Positions 37,702-45,480 of a DNA stretch of 64,000 nt are shown here, one piece after another; position 1 is the first letter of the stretch; each line of letters begins with the position of its first letter. A model generated the notes under the pieces. That model was not told the origin of the DNA, ran no database searches, and saw nothing but the letters and a program-made list of their open reading frames with translations. A program made the position numbers and the translations under genes. Source of the stretch: an uncultured virus (IMG/VR IMGVR_UViG_3300045580_000382). Its lineage: Duplodnaviria; Heunggongvirae; Uroviricota; Caudoviricetes. The stretch lies in IMG/VR virus record IMGVR_UViG_3300045580_000382, one strand, 5' to 3'.

Positions 37702-38481
37702 CTGTCTTACATCAATGAATACAGCCTCCAGTTGATCCGACGGTACACACCCTGTCGGATCCACACTGGTATGGAGCAATATGCACCGTATCGGGCCAAG
37801 GAGGATGGTCCTTGGATGATTGGGTATGGCAGCAAACGGTTTGGGCGCAGTGCTGTTACGCCTTTCCTACGCTGCACACGAAAGCAAATTGAAAGCCAGC
37901 TAGAGAAAGACCTGGAGGAGTTTGTTTTTACACTCCAGGATCTAATCTTTATGCCTTTAAATGAAAAGAAAAAAGGCGCTATCTTAAGTTATGCCTACAG
38001 TATTGGCATCACAAAGTTTAAAGATTGTAGGCTTTTACATCTAATTAATTCTGGTGCAGATCGCACAGAGATTATTAAAGAATGGTCTCCATTTATTTGT
38101 AAGGATATACTCTGGAATCAACGTTTAGTTGATCGCAGACGCAGCGAACTTGATACATATCTGCAACCCGACACTGATGTGCCCCTACTGGTAGAGCACA
38201 AGTGTAAGTTACCAAAATGTTTACTAAATATTGCTGAGAATTTTAATGGTTCTCCTCAGCAAGTTAAAGCAATTGAATTCTTAGAAGAACAACTACTCCG
38301 TTGGGATCCAAAGAACGAAGTAGTTGATGAGTTCTTTAGGCTTTGGAATCAGCGTCCAAAGTCAACTGGTTCTGCTTCCATTTATTCTGAAGACGATCTA
38401 GATAATCTTGAAGCTCTAAGATACGCAAGTAGTTTAATTCCTCAAGAGTTAGATCAATCATTGGGGAATCAGGTCCCATAA
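37702..38481 (+). CDS. GH24 lysozyme-like protein lacking the catalytic Glu, probable CTG start
   Basis: INEYSLQLIRRY...WMIGYG...AILSYAYSIG...LVDRRRSE parallels 33558-34802, but the FEG motif is absent. Confidence 0.6.
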   Translation: MSYINEYSLQLIRRYTPCRIHTGMEQYAPYRAKEDGPWMIGYGSKRFGRSAVTPFLRCTRKQIESQLEKDLEEFVFTLQDLIFMPLNEKKKGAILSYAYSIGITKFKDCRLLHLINSGADRTEIIKEWSPFICKDILWNQRLVDRRRSELDTYLQPDTDVPLLVEHKCKLPKCLLNIAENFNGSPQQVKAIEFLEEQLLRWDPKNEVVDEFFRLWNQRPKSTGSASIYSEDDLDNLEALRYASSLIPQELDQSLGNQVP

Positions 38482-38690
38482 GTGTTAATTAACCGGGTTA
38501 AATACCACTGCGCTTTACGTAAATCTTGAACTGGGTTCTCTTTATTTTCGTAGCGCCAAATATATTTCATTACATTGCCCTTTAGATAACCACGATACGC
38601 TTCTGATGACATGCAAGCATCAATAGCATCAATGCACTCCACGTGGCCAAAAGTATAGTGCGACGGGTGATTTACGTTGTCTTCTTGCAT
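38469..38690 (-). CDS. DUF3310 protein (T7 gp1.7-like nucleotide kinase domain)
   Basis: DNVNHPSHY...ECIDAI...GNVMKYIWRY..K...DLRKAQWYL. Confidence 0.9.
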   Translation of the reverse strand: MQEDNVNHPSHYTFGHVECIDAIDACMSSEAYRGYLKGNVMKYIWRYENKENPVQDLRKAQWYLTRLINTYGT

Positions 38691-38719
38691 GGAGTGTTTA
38701 GTTCTGCAAGAATACTAGT

Positions 38720-39010
38720 ATGGGATTTGCAAAGAGTCAATCTTATCAGGTTGACAACCGTTTCAGTCAGGCACAAGGTGTTGATGATAGCAACACTGGT
38801 TTAAATTTCCTTGGTAATTACCTTAGGGCACGTACTGCTAACAGTAAATTACCGATTACATCTGAACGTTTAGAAGATGATCGCTTCGTATTCCCAGCTC
38901 TTGGCGGCACTGTCCCCATTGGTGCATTACCTTCTGAGCCACGCGGTCCTTCCGGTCTCGGTAACACTGACAGCTCTGCTTCTTTCCGCAATATTTTTAG
39001 GGCTCGATAA
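38720..39010 (+). CDS. Small disordered protein with FLxxY motif
   Basis: GLNFLGNYLRAR; isolated + strand gene. Confidence 0.55.
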   Translation: MGFAKSQSYQVDNRFSQAQGVDDSNTGLNFLGNYLRARTANSKLPITSERLEDDRFVFPALGGTVPIGALPSEPRGPSGLGNTDSSASFRNIFRAR

Positions 39011-39017
39011 GCTAACG

Positions 39018-39644
39018 TCACATGATGACGCGGCCAAGCGTTGAAAATGCTTCTTCAAACTTGGCTAAACGGTTAATTCCCAAGTCCTTAGGCGGAAGGT
39101 ACACAAAGAATCCCCATTTCAGTGGGTTTTCTAGCTGGTAAAAGTTACGTCCATGCATCACCTTTGGACGTTCTTTTGGAATACAAACTGGATAATCCCA
39201 GATGCTTTGCTGTTTACGCAGTGTTTCGTGGGAAATACTGAAGAACAAAGCAGAATTGACAAACCCTAGCTTCCAATCCTTCTCCAGGCGTCTGAACCAG
39301 GCCACTGAGGGTGAGATGCCACCAAAACCACCCCGCGTAGACCAGCGCCAGGTACCCCGTTGCTTGTTAAAGGAGCAGCGTCCATAGGTTGGCGGGAAAC
39401 AATACACGTTTCCGCTCCACGGTTCTTGCTTATTGAGGGCATCATCTGTTTTGCAGAAGAACTTTTCTGCCTGAATGAACTCTTTGTTGGCGTGAGCAGT
39501 GGAGCAGGGATCTAGATCAATGTAATCTAGGGTGTGATAGATCAAAGGCAGGTAAGAAACAGGGGTGCACCAATCATCTTCTAACTTATAAATACGATAG
39601 AGAGTGTGATAATTGCGTGCACGTGCACCGCCTTGTTTATGCAT
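39018..39644 (-). CDS. Phage N6-adenine DNA methyltransferase-like protein with altered motif IV
   Basis: DDWCTP...IDLDPCS...DDAL...WSGNVYCFPPTYG (the family normally has NPPY). Confidence 0.65.
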   Translation of the reverse strand: MHKQGGARARNYHTLYRIYKLEDDWCTPVSYLPLIYHTLDYIDLDPCSTAHANKEFIQAEKFFCKTDDALNKQEPWSGNVYCFPPTYGRCSFNKQRGTWRWSTRGGFGGISPSVAWFRRLEKDWKLGFVNSALFFSISHETLRKQQSIWDYPVCIPKERPKVMHGRNFYQLENPLKWGFFVYLPPKDLGINRLAKFEEAFSTLGRVIM

Positions 39645-40051
39645 TATTCAGATTCACTAAATGCCAATGGTTGATCACGTTTGTAGCAAATTAAGGACAT
39701 TTCTTTATCATCTTGAATGATAAATAGTCCTGCTGTCTTAGGGTCAATAGATTCTGCCCGTGCAATTGCTTTTTGCATCACATCCGCAGGGCCGTCCATC
39801 TCACGGCTACGGAAGTCAGACTGTGCTTCGATCAGTGCTGGCACCGGTAGATAGAACATCGAGTGTTTCGGATCCTCTACCCGTGGTAAATAAACCATGG
39901 CACCAGGACCTTCGTTGGCATAGAACTTCTCATAGAAGTCACACATGTCAGCACAGATCCTCTCCACTACTAACTGGGTCATCTTCATCTCCCCACCAGT
40001 CTTGGCGTTGGAGAGAAGACCGCTGATTAACCTTTGCCGCCTGTTGCTCAT
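39644..40051 (-). CDS. Hypothetical protein
   Basis: Likely start MSNRRQ at 40051; overlaps the upstream gene by 104 nt. Confidence 0.6.
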   Translation of the reverse strand: MSNRRQRLISGLLSNAKTGGEMKMTQLVVERICADMCDFYEKFYANEGPGAMVYLPRVEDPKHSMFYLPVPALIEAQSDFRSREMDGPADVMQKAIARAESIDPKTAGLFIIQDDKEMSLICYKRDQPLAFSESE

Positions 40052-40520
40052 CTTTAATAAATTGTCCGAGACCTGTTTGGTGTAATGTTTTACAGAGCTT
40101 GGGTAATGGCTGATAAATGACAACCATTTTGCCCATGTTACCAAGCTTTTTTAGGAGTTTATTTTTCTCATCCTTTAGCTTGGTTAGCTCACCTTGCCTA
40201 ATTAAATATTCAGCTACACAACGATACCGTCGTTTTGTTGCTAAGTCAATGTCGGGAAACTTCTCACAGATTGTGGCTGGTTTCATATCGCTAAACGTAA
40301 TTCTGATCTGATCCGCTAGCGACAAACCATGAATTAAATCTGTACTTGTTACCTCATAGCTCTTAACCAACTCCAGATACCGCTGGAGATCTGTGGTTTC
40401 AAAGGACCCTTCTGGCGGTATGAACGGTTGGATCTGCGCTGCTAGAGATGGCTTAACAATCTCCTGGTAATTTTCAACCGTTACTGAGTTGATATCTAGA
40501 TCGGTAAAGCGATAGCTCAT
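39948..40520 (-). CDS. Hypothetical protein, possible winged-helix
   Basis: 190-aa ORF; RYRCVAEYLIRQGEL. Confidence 0.6.
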   Translation of the reverse strand: MSYRFTDLDINSVTVENYQEIVKPSLAAQIQPFIPPEGSFETTDLQRYLELVKSYEVTSTDLIHGLSLADQIRITFSDMKPATICEKFPDIDLATKRRYRCVAEYLIRQGELTKLKDEKNKLLKKLGNMGKMVVIYQPLPKLCKTLHQTGLGQFIKDEQQAAKVNQRSSLQRQDWWGDEDDPVSSGEDLC

Positions 40521-40543
40521 TAACCAGGTTGTTTTCCATTAGC

Positions 40544-40759
40544 CTAACAACTTTTTGCTTGTCTGCAATAGCGCATCTTCTCTTCCCACTGGAGTTGGTG
40601 ATCCATCATCAGAACCAGTTCATAGTAGTCACGTTTTGGCTCCAGGTGTTTATAGTCCCCTGGCTTAGGACGACCACCAAAGTTAGAAGCTTCCCATAAA
40701 GAATTGGCAAAATTCTTCTGTTGGGTTGACATTAGTGATAACATCGTTTTAGTTGACAT
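40544..40759 (-). CDS. Hypothetical protein
   Basis: Likely start MSTKTML. Confidence 0.5.
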   Translation of the reverse strand: MSTKTMLSLMSTQQKNFANSLWEASNFGGRPKPGDYKHLEPKRDYYELVLMMDHQLQWEEKMRYCRQAKSC

Positions 40760-40804
40760 TGCTTTAAGCAGGTCTTTAAAATCCTCTGTAAAAGGACTAC
40801 ACTG

Positions 40805-40933
40805 ATGCGTCGCCCCATTACCTATGCTGAGCTGATCCTTGCTGTCCTCTTGATCATCGGGGGTTTCCAGCTGGCTCCTCACCTGTACAGGTTTGTTTCA
40901 GATAAAGTAAGTATAGAGGTCAAGCTTAAATAG
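40805..40933 (+). CDS. 42-aa single-pass membrane protein (not in ORF track)
   Basis: MRRPITYAELILAVLLIIGGFQLAPHLY... Confidence 0.5.
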   Translation: MRRPITYAELILAVLLIIGGFQLAPHLYRFVSDKVSIEVKLK

Positions 40934-40938
40934 AGTCC

Positions 40939-41385
40939 ATGGGTCAACCCAAGCCGCCTACTACTGAGATTAAACCGCAAGATCCTTTGATTGTACAAGA
41001 ATCTGTGCGGCCATCGACTCTGTACGGTCAAGGAAAGTTTTTAGAAGCAACTACAGAGAATCTTAATCGTGCATTAGCAATGCGTAGTGCTTCTGCTGAT
41101 GCATTATTAGGTCGTCCTACAACACCAATCCTTCGGGATAATGGTGAACCTATTCCAACAAACTTAGGTTTTACTCAGTTTGATCCTACTGTTTTCTTTG
41201 AAGCAAGTAAAAATCCCTACTTAGCGGCAGATATTGCAGAAACTAAGCGTAAAGAAGAGCGTGCCAATCGAATGGAACGTCGTCGTGAACGTATGGATGA
41301 AGAGATGAATAATATTTTTGGTATGGACCGTGCTAGCTATTTAAACGCACTGGGTCGTATTTCTAATCAAGGCCGTAGCACCTGA
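40939..41385 (+). CDS. Hypothetical protein
   Basis: 148-aa ORF with a charged helical C-terminus. Confidence 0.55.
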   Translation: MGQPKPPTTEIKPQDPLIVQESVRPSTLYGQGKFLEATTENLNRALAMRSASADALLGRPTTPILRDNGEPIPTNLGFTQFDPTVFFEASKNPYLAADIAETKRKEERANRMERRRERMDEEMNNIFGMDRASYLNALGRISNQGRST

Positions 41386-41595
41386 TCAGAATAAGTTATC
41401 TTCCGGTACGATCTCTTCTTTCTGCTCAACCCAGTGGTTATAGGTGTCCATGAGGACTTTATATTCCTCATAGGGCACCAGCATTACTGCCTTGCCTGGT
41501 TCCACTAGAACCTTGTAGTGGATGTGATTTTCAAATACATCTCCCAGGATCTCATCAAATCTGTCTTCTAATTCCTTATAGGTGACAGTTTTCAT
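41386..41595 (-). CDS. Phd/YefM-like antitoxin-fold protein (orphan)
   Basis: MKTVTYKELEDRFDEILGDV...AVMLVPYEEYKVLMDT. Confidence 0.7.
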   Translation of the reverse strand: MKTVTYKELEDRFDEILGDVFENHIHYKVLVEPGKAVMLVPYEEYKVLMDTYNHWVEQKEEIVPEDNLF

Positions 41596-41640
41596 GAGTT
41601 GAATGCAAGTAACAATACCTTAGCAGATTCCAGGTTTTGG

Positions 41641-42324
41641 TCAACCTGTAATAGTACCAAAGTCAAACGTGCTTTCTACTCCTTCAGTTAGTAAACCAAA
41701 TTCAAGAGCATCTTCTACATCTTCTGCAACATACCGCCAGTCAATAACGAATCCTTCAATTGTAATGGAGTAAGTTGTTTCTAAGTAGCGGATATCGTTA
41801 GTAATTAAAAAGATATACTGTCCTGGATCCAACATCAACGTTGGATAGTCAGGGTTGAAGGTGGGAAACTCATCACCATCTCCACCATCAACGACAGATG
41901 CTTCTGGTACTACGTAACCGTCATCGTTAACAATTAATTCACGACGGTTATTGCCATCTTCTACCTTGTAAAACGCAACTAAAGTATTGCGATTTGTATT
42001 TGAAGTGGTAGCAAACTGACTGAAATTCTGGCTTAACTTAATTGAACGTGGCTTAATTAAGTTAAAAGAATAAAAGGTGGTCTGACTACGAGACAAACCA
42101 CCATGAGTATTGGAAATTGTTAGCGATTTATAGACAGGCGTGAAATCCCCCAAATTAACAGGGTTATTAACAGAATCTCCCAGATATGGAGGCAGTGGAT
42201 CACTACCGTAGTAGGAAGTCGGACCATAAGCAGTGGGACCAGTGCCGCCAACGGGATATGCCTCTACTGTTTGTAAGTTAACAAGACCAATATTGACTGG
42301 TAATGTTGCTAAGAATCTAGCCAT
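41641..42324 (-). CDS. Pre-peptidase C-terminal-like beta-sandwich protein
   Basis: NNPVNLG...TTFYSFNL...LDPGQYIFLIT; likely start MARFLAT. Confidence 0.5.
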   Translation of the reverse strand: MARFLATLPVNIGLVNLQTVEAYPVGGTGPTAYGPTSYYGSDPLPPYLGDSVNNPVNLGDFTPVYKSLTISNTHGGLSRSQTTFYSFNLIKPRSIKLSQNFSQFATTSNTNRNTLVAFYKVEDGNNRRELIVNDDGYVVPEASVVDGGDGDEFPTFNPDYPTLMLDPGQYIFLITNDIRYLETTYSITIEGFVIDWRYVAEDVEDALEFGLLTEGVESTFDFGTITG

Positions 42325-42634
42325 CTGTAGTGCATAAGCCAGTATATAAACCGTTAGTACGGCCACTGGCTTGGTAACGATCTTCAATAATTTTAGCGCG
42401 TTCTGGATAGAATCCTTCCATCTCCATTGTTTCAATCAAGTCATAATTGAGTTCATTCTTTAACTCATATAGCTTTAAACTTGCTTCCGCTTCAGTATCT
42501 ACCCAGTCGGTAAAGTGATTTACACCATCAATAAATACAAAGCCTGCATATTTTTTCTCAGGCAGATGATGGTTACTCAAAGTAACTCGACTTGTTTTCG
42601 ATACTGGCTTTTGCGTGCTCGAAGATGTTGCCAT
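42317..42634 (-). CDS. Hypothetical protein
   Basis: C-terminal GRTNGLYTGL motif seen in cyanophage proteins. Confidence 0.6.
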   Translation of the reverse strand: MATSSSTQKPVSKTSRVTLSNHHLPEKKYAGFVFIDGVNHFTDWVDTEAEASLKLYELKNELNYDLIETMEMEGFYPERAKIIEDRYQASGRTNGLYTGLCTTDG

Positions 42635-43190
42635 AGCTGAGATTGACCGCTTTTATTTCGGTGGGTTGAGAGGTTAATGTTAGCTCCTTTATACGCAGAT
42701 GAAGCGGGTTACAGCACGTAATATCGCAACCTTCTTGGTGAAAGATGCGGTAACGACCGGTATAACCACGGCTCAACCAGAAGGCAACACGAGAAGCTGA
42801 CTGTGTTTTAGCAGAGTGGAACGGACTTGGCATGTAAGCAACGGTTTCTTGTCCGTTTTTCTTGGTGCCACCCAGCCACTTCCAACATTCATTGGGTCCT
42901 TTGATGTCAACCTTCAACCAGAAGTTACGGACTGTCCAGTAGATGTCCATATCAAAGTTACAAACGTCTACAGAACAGCGTCCTTTCTCAATTTCTTCTA
43001 AACAATCTTTACATTCACCCATCAAACCAAAGTTGTTGTGGTGACCTGGAAAACCTTTCTTATGCCAGAGGCAGTAGCGGTTAACGTTTTCTTTCTGTAG
43101 TTCTTGTAACTTATCGTCATAACTCTGTGCATTACAACTAAAGATATGATCAAGGTTCTTTGTTAGTGCTTCGTTCTCTTTTTCAGTCAT
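42573..43190 (-). CDS. His-Cys box/HNH-like protein, apparently degenerate
   Basis: FWLKVD...ECWKWLGG...ASRVAF...IFHQEGCDITCCNPLHL with no downstream GT..DN motif. Confidence 0.6.
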   Translation of the reverse strand: MTEKENEALTKNLDHIFSCNAQSYDDKLQELQKENVNRYCLWHKKGFPGHHNNFGLMGECKDCLEEIEKGRCSVDVCNFDMDIYWTVRNFWLKVDIKGPNECWKWLGGTKKNGQETVAYMPSPFHSAKTQSASRVAFWLSRGYTGRYRIFHQEGCDITCCNPLHLRIKELTLTSQPTEIKAVNLSYGNIFEHAKASIENKSSYFE

Positions 43191-43692
43191 TGGAGTAGGC
43201 TCCTTCGTTGCAGATTCTTCTAATGACATGGTACGGGAGTTTGTATTGTTTACTCAGCTTCTCATAGGTCCACTCACTTTTGCTGGCGCTCCTCTGTTGC
43301 TTGATTGCCTCCACGATGGAGGGGTTGATCTCGCGTCCTTTGCGCTTGGCGTTCTGCATCCACACGTCCTGGGTACTGCCAAAGAAGTAGTGGGTTGGGT
43401 TGATGCAGTGCTGTGAGGTGCAAAAGGAATAGCGCACCACCAGGTCCGGCCCATCGACTGGCGCGTACTTATCTGCCAAGGCCATCGCCAGGAGCCTGGC
43501 ATCTTTCCCTTTGAACAAGGGGCGTGAGGGGTGGGAACTGGTGAAGTATTTGAGGGAGGGGTGGTTGATCCGTTTAATGCACCAGCAGGAAGTCATACCG
43601 AGTTCGGTTTGACACAACCTAAGACTTGTTGCAAAAGAGAGCAGATCTTCTCCAGTTAGGTATTCATCTCTGAAAAACGTGAAGTAATCCAA
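43183..43692 (-). CDS. His-Cys box/HNH-like protein with C-terminal HTH, apparently degenerate
   Basis: VVRYSFCTSQHCINPTHYFFGSTQDV followed by TYEKLSKQYKLPYHVIRRIC. Confidence 0.6.
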   Translation of the reverse strand: MDYFTFFRDEYLTGEDLLSFATSLRLCQTELGMTSCWCIKRINHPSLKYFTSSHPSRPLFKGKDARLLAMALADKYAPVDGPDLVVRYSFCTSQHCINPTHYFFGSTQDVWMQNAKRKGREINPSIVEAIKQQRSASKSEWTYEKLSKQYKLPYHVIRRICNEGAYSND

Positions 43693-43726
43693 GTTAGGGG
43701 ATTGTTCGACGCCCTCAGACTAGGCC

Positions 43727-43969
43727 GAGATCCCTTGCAGGTCAAGGGGTTTCAGAGGCGCCAAACGAACGAACGAATAGGGCAAAAAATCCCTATTTAT
43801 CTTTAGAAGGAGTAGCAAGTGGTTCTTAGGTGTTCGTTTTATGTACGAGTAGATGTGACTGTCACCTAATAACCACTTACCATTCCGCCTTAAGTGAAAG
43901 CCGCAAAAAAATGGCATACTCGTTCGTGCGCAGCACACCAGCCAAAACCCCTGGCGCCCAAGGGATTTG
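43727..43969. other. Non-coding nested inverted-repeat element, candidate replication origin
   Basis: Two related interrupted palindromes at the ends, plus 16-bp, 11-bp and 7-bp inverted repeats and AACG x3. Confidence 0.55.
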
Positions 43970-44025
43970 GTGGGGTACCAAGCAGAACAGTTGTACTCCC
44001 TAACGTGAGTTAAGCAAACGGAGCC

Positions 44026-44211
44026 CTATTCCTCTGGGGCAATGGGATACGTTTCCTCATACTGTTGCGCGTACACTAATGCGCAGTGGTAAGGTTCGAC
44101 AAAACGACACATCGAACCACCAGCAGTACAGACGCGATGTACTTGGTTACCATGCAAATCTTCACCTAATTCAATAGTTGTTCCGTGTGGAAAGGTTTGA
44201 ATAACTTGCAT
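44026..44211 (-). CDS. Small Cys-containing hypothetical protein
   Basis: RVCTAGGSMCRF. Confidence 0.55.
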   Translation of the reverse strand: MQVIQTFPHGTTIELGEDLHGNQVHRVCTAGGSMCRFVEPYHCALVYAQQYEETYPIAPEE

Positions 44212-44265
44212 TTGATAAATGCCATATGCCGGTGTTACTATTGTAAGAAAGAATTCCTATAACTA

Positions 44266-45033
44266 ATGGCGTATCAAGGCGGCGGGCGCAGTGCAAAAAA
44301 GGCACCGCGTGCTCAAGGTATTAATTGGAATCCACAATTCCCTGGAGCAAATTTCCTTTTTGGTAAAGGACAGTTCTTTGCAGGCCGTGGTGCCAATGCA
44401 GGTACTGCGCCTGCCCCGACTGATGCGCAACTCAGGGCTGAAGGCTACGGGTTTGGTGTACGTGAATATGATCCTTTAGAAACGGGCCGCCGCCCTGGCC
44501 AAGAAATTGCTCCTCCAGCTCCGGTGCTGCCAGCACCTGTAGTAATCCCAGCGGGAACAGTGCAGACGGGAACCATTGTGAAGGGCGTGACACCAGCTGG
44601 TCAGGTTGATTATTCTCAAGGTGATGAGTACAAGTCGCAGATGGCGCAGTACCAGAACCTGGTAAACCAAAAGAAAACTCAAGAAGCGGAAGATCTGGGG
44701 ATGCAGATCTGGATGCAGAAGTATGGCAAATCACCTATGGCTCAAGCCGGTGGTGCAATTGGTGCTTACAACCCACTGCTGGCTAGCATGTTCCCTGAAA
44801 CCAAGGGTTTTGCTAGCACGTTTGCTACTCCTCAAGAAGAAGAATTAGCAGCACGCGATCTAGGCAAAAGTGCTCAAGGTGAAGGTGGCTGGACAATGGA
44901 AAGCCTGAACCCACTGCAAGCTCAGGCTCAACAGCAAGCCGCTACTGCAGCACAAGCTGATAAAGCAACCACTGCTGGCGTCAAGATTCCTGTACGTAAT
45001 CGTGTTCAAGCCTTCCTGTACGGAGGCATGTAA
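44266..45033 (+). CDS. Ala/Gln/Pro-rich protein, putative virion protein
   Basis: AEDLGMQIWMQKYG; isolated + strand operon. Confidence 0.6.
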   Translation: MAYQGGGRSAKKAPRAQGINWNPQFPGANFLFGKGQFFAGRGANAGTAPAPTDAQLRAEGYGFGVREYDPLETGRRPGQEIAPPAPVLPAPVVIPAGTVQTGTIVKGVTPAGQVDYSQGDEYKSQMAQYQNLVNQKKTQEAEDLGMQIWMQKYGKSPMAQAGGAIGAYNPLLASMFPETKGFASTFATPQEEELAARDLGKSAQGEGGWTMESLNPLQAQAQQQAATAAQADKATTAGVKIPVRNRVQAFLYGGM

Positions 45034-45035
45034 TC

Positions 45036-45338
45036 ATGATGATGGATAATGATTTTCCAAATGCTTTAGGTTTTTTGCAGTCCTATAGCAAAGGATTATC
45101 ACAATATGCACAAGAGGGTGAAAACATTCCTGATTTTGCTGTGCAAAACCAGTATGCACAGGAGCTTGGGGGTCCTTTAATTTCTAGGACTATTCGTTAT
45201 TCCCCTCCAAACGCAATTATTAAAGCTCCTCATATTGATTCTCCTTACATGGAACAACTATATGAACGTGGCTTTAAACCGTTGATGCCTCCTAAACCTG
45301 CTGGCCCAAGAGGTCCACAGCTACCTGGATTTGTTTAA
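45036..45338 (+). CDS. Small Pro-rich protein with FLxxY motif
   Basis: NALGFLQSYSKG. Confidence 0.55.
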   Translation: MMMDNDFPNALGFLQSYSKGLSQYAQEGENIPDFAVQNQYAQELGGPLISRTIRYSPPNAIIKAPHIDSPYMEQLYERGFKPLMPPKPAGPRGPQLPGFV

Positions 45339-45339
45339 T

Positions 45340-45480
45340 ATGCCAACAGAACTCATCAAACGATACCTTGAAGAGTTTGCACGTTGGCTACGAAATCAAA
45401 AGGATTATGATGACTTCGAGTATGGAACTGAAGTCATCCCTGGCGATAAAACCTGGACCAAGAAACCAAAGAAGAAGTAG
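45340..45480 (+). CDS. 46-aa hypothetical protein (not in ORF track)
   Basis: MPTELIKRYLEEFARWLRNQKDYDDFEYG...KKPKKK; fills the gap exactly. Confidence 0.55.
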   Translation: MPTELIKRYLEEFARWLRNQKDYDDFEYGTEVIPGDKTWTKKPKKK

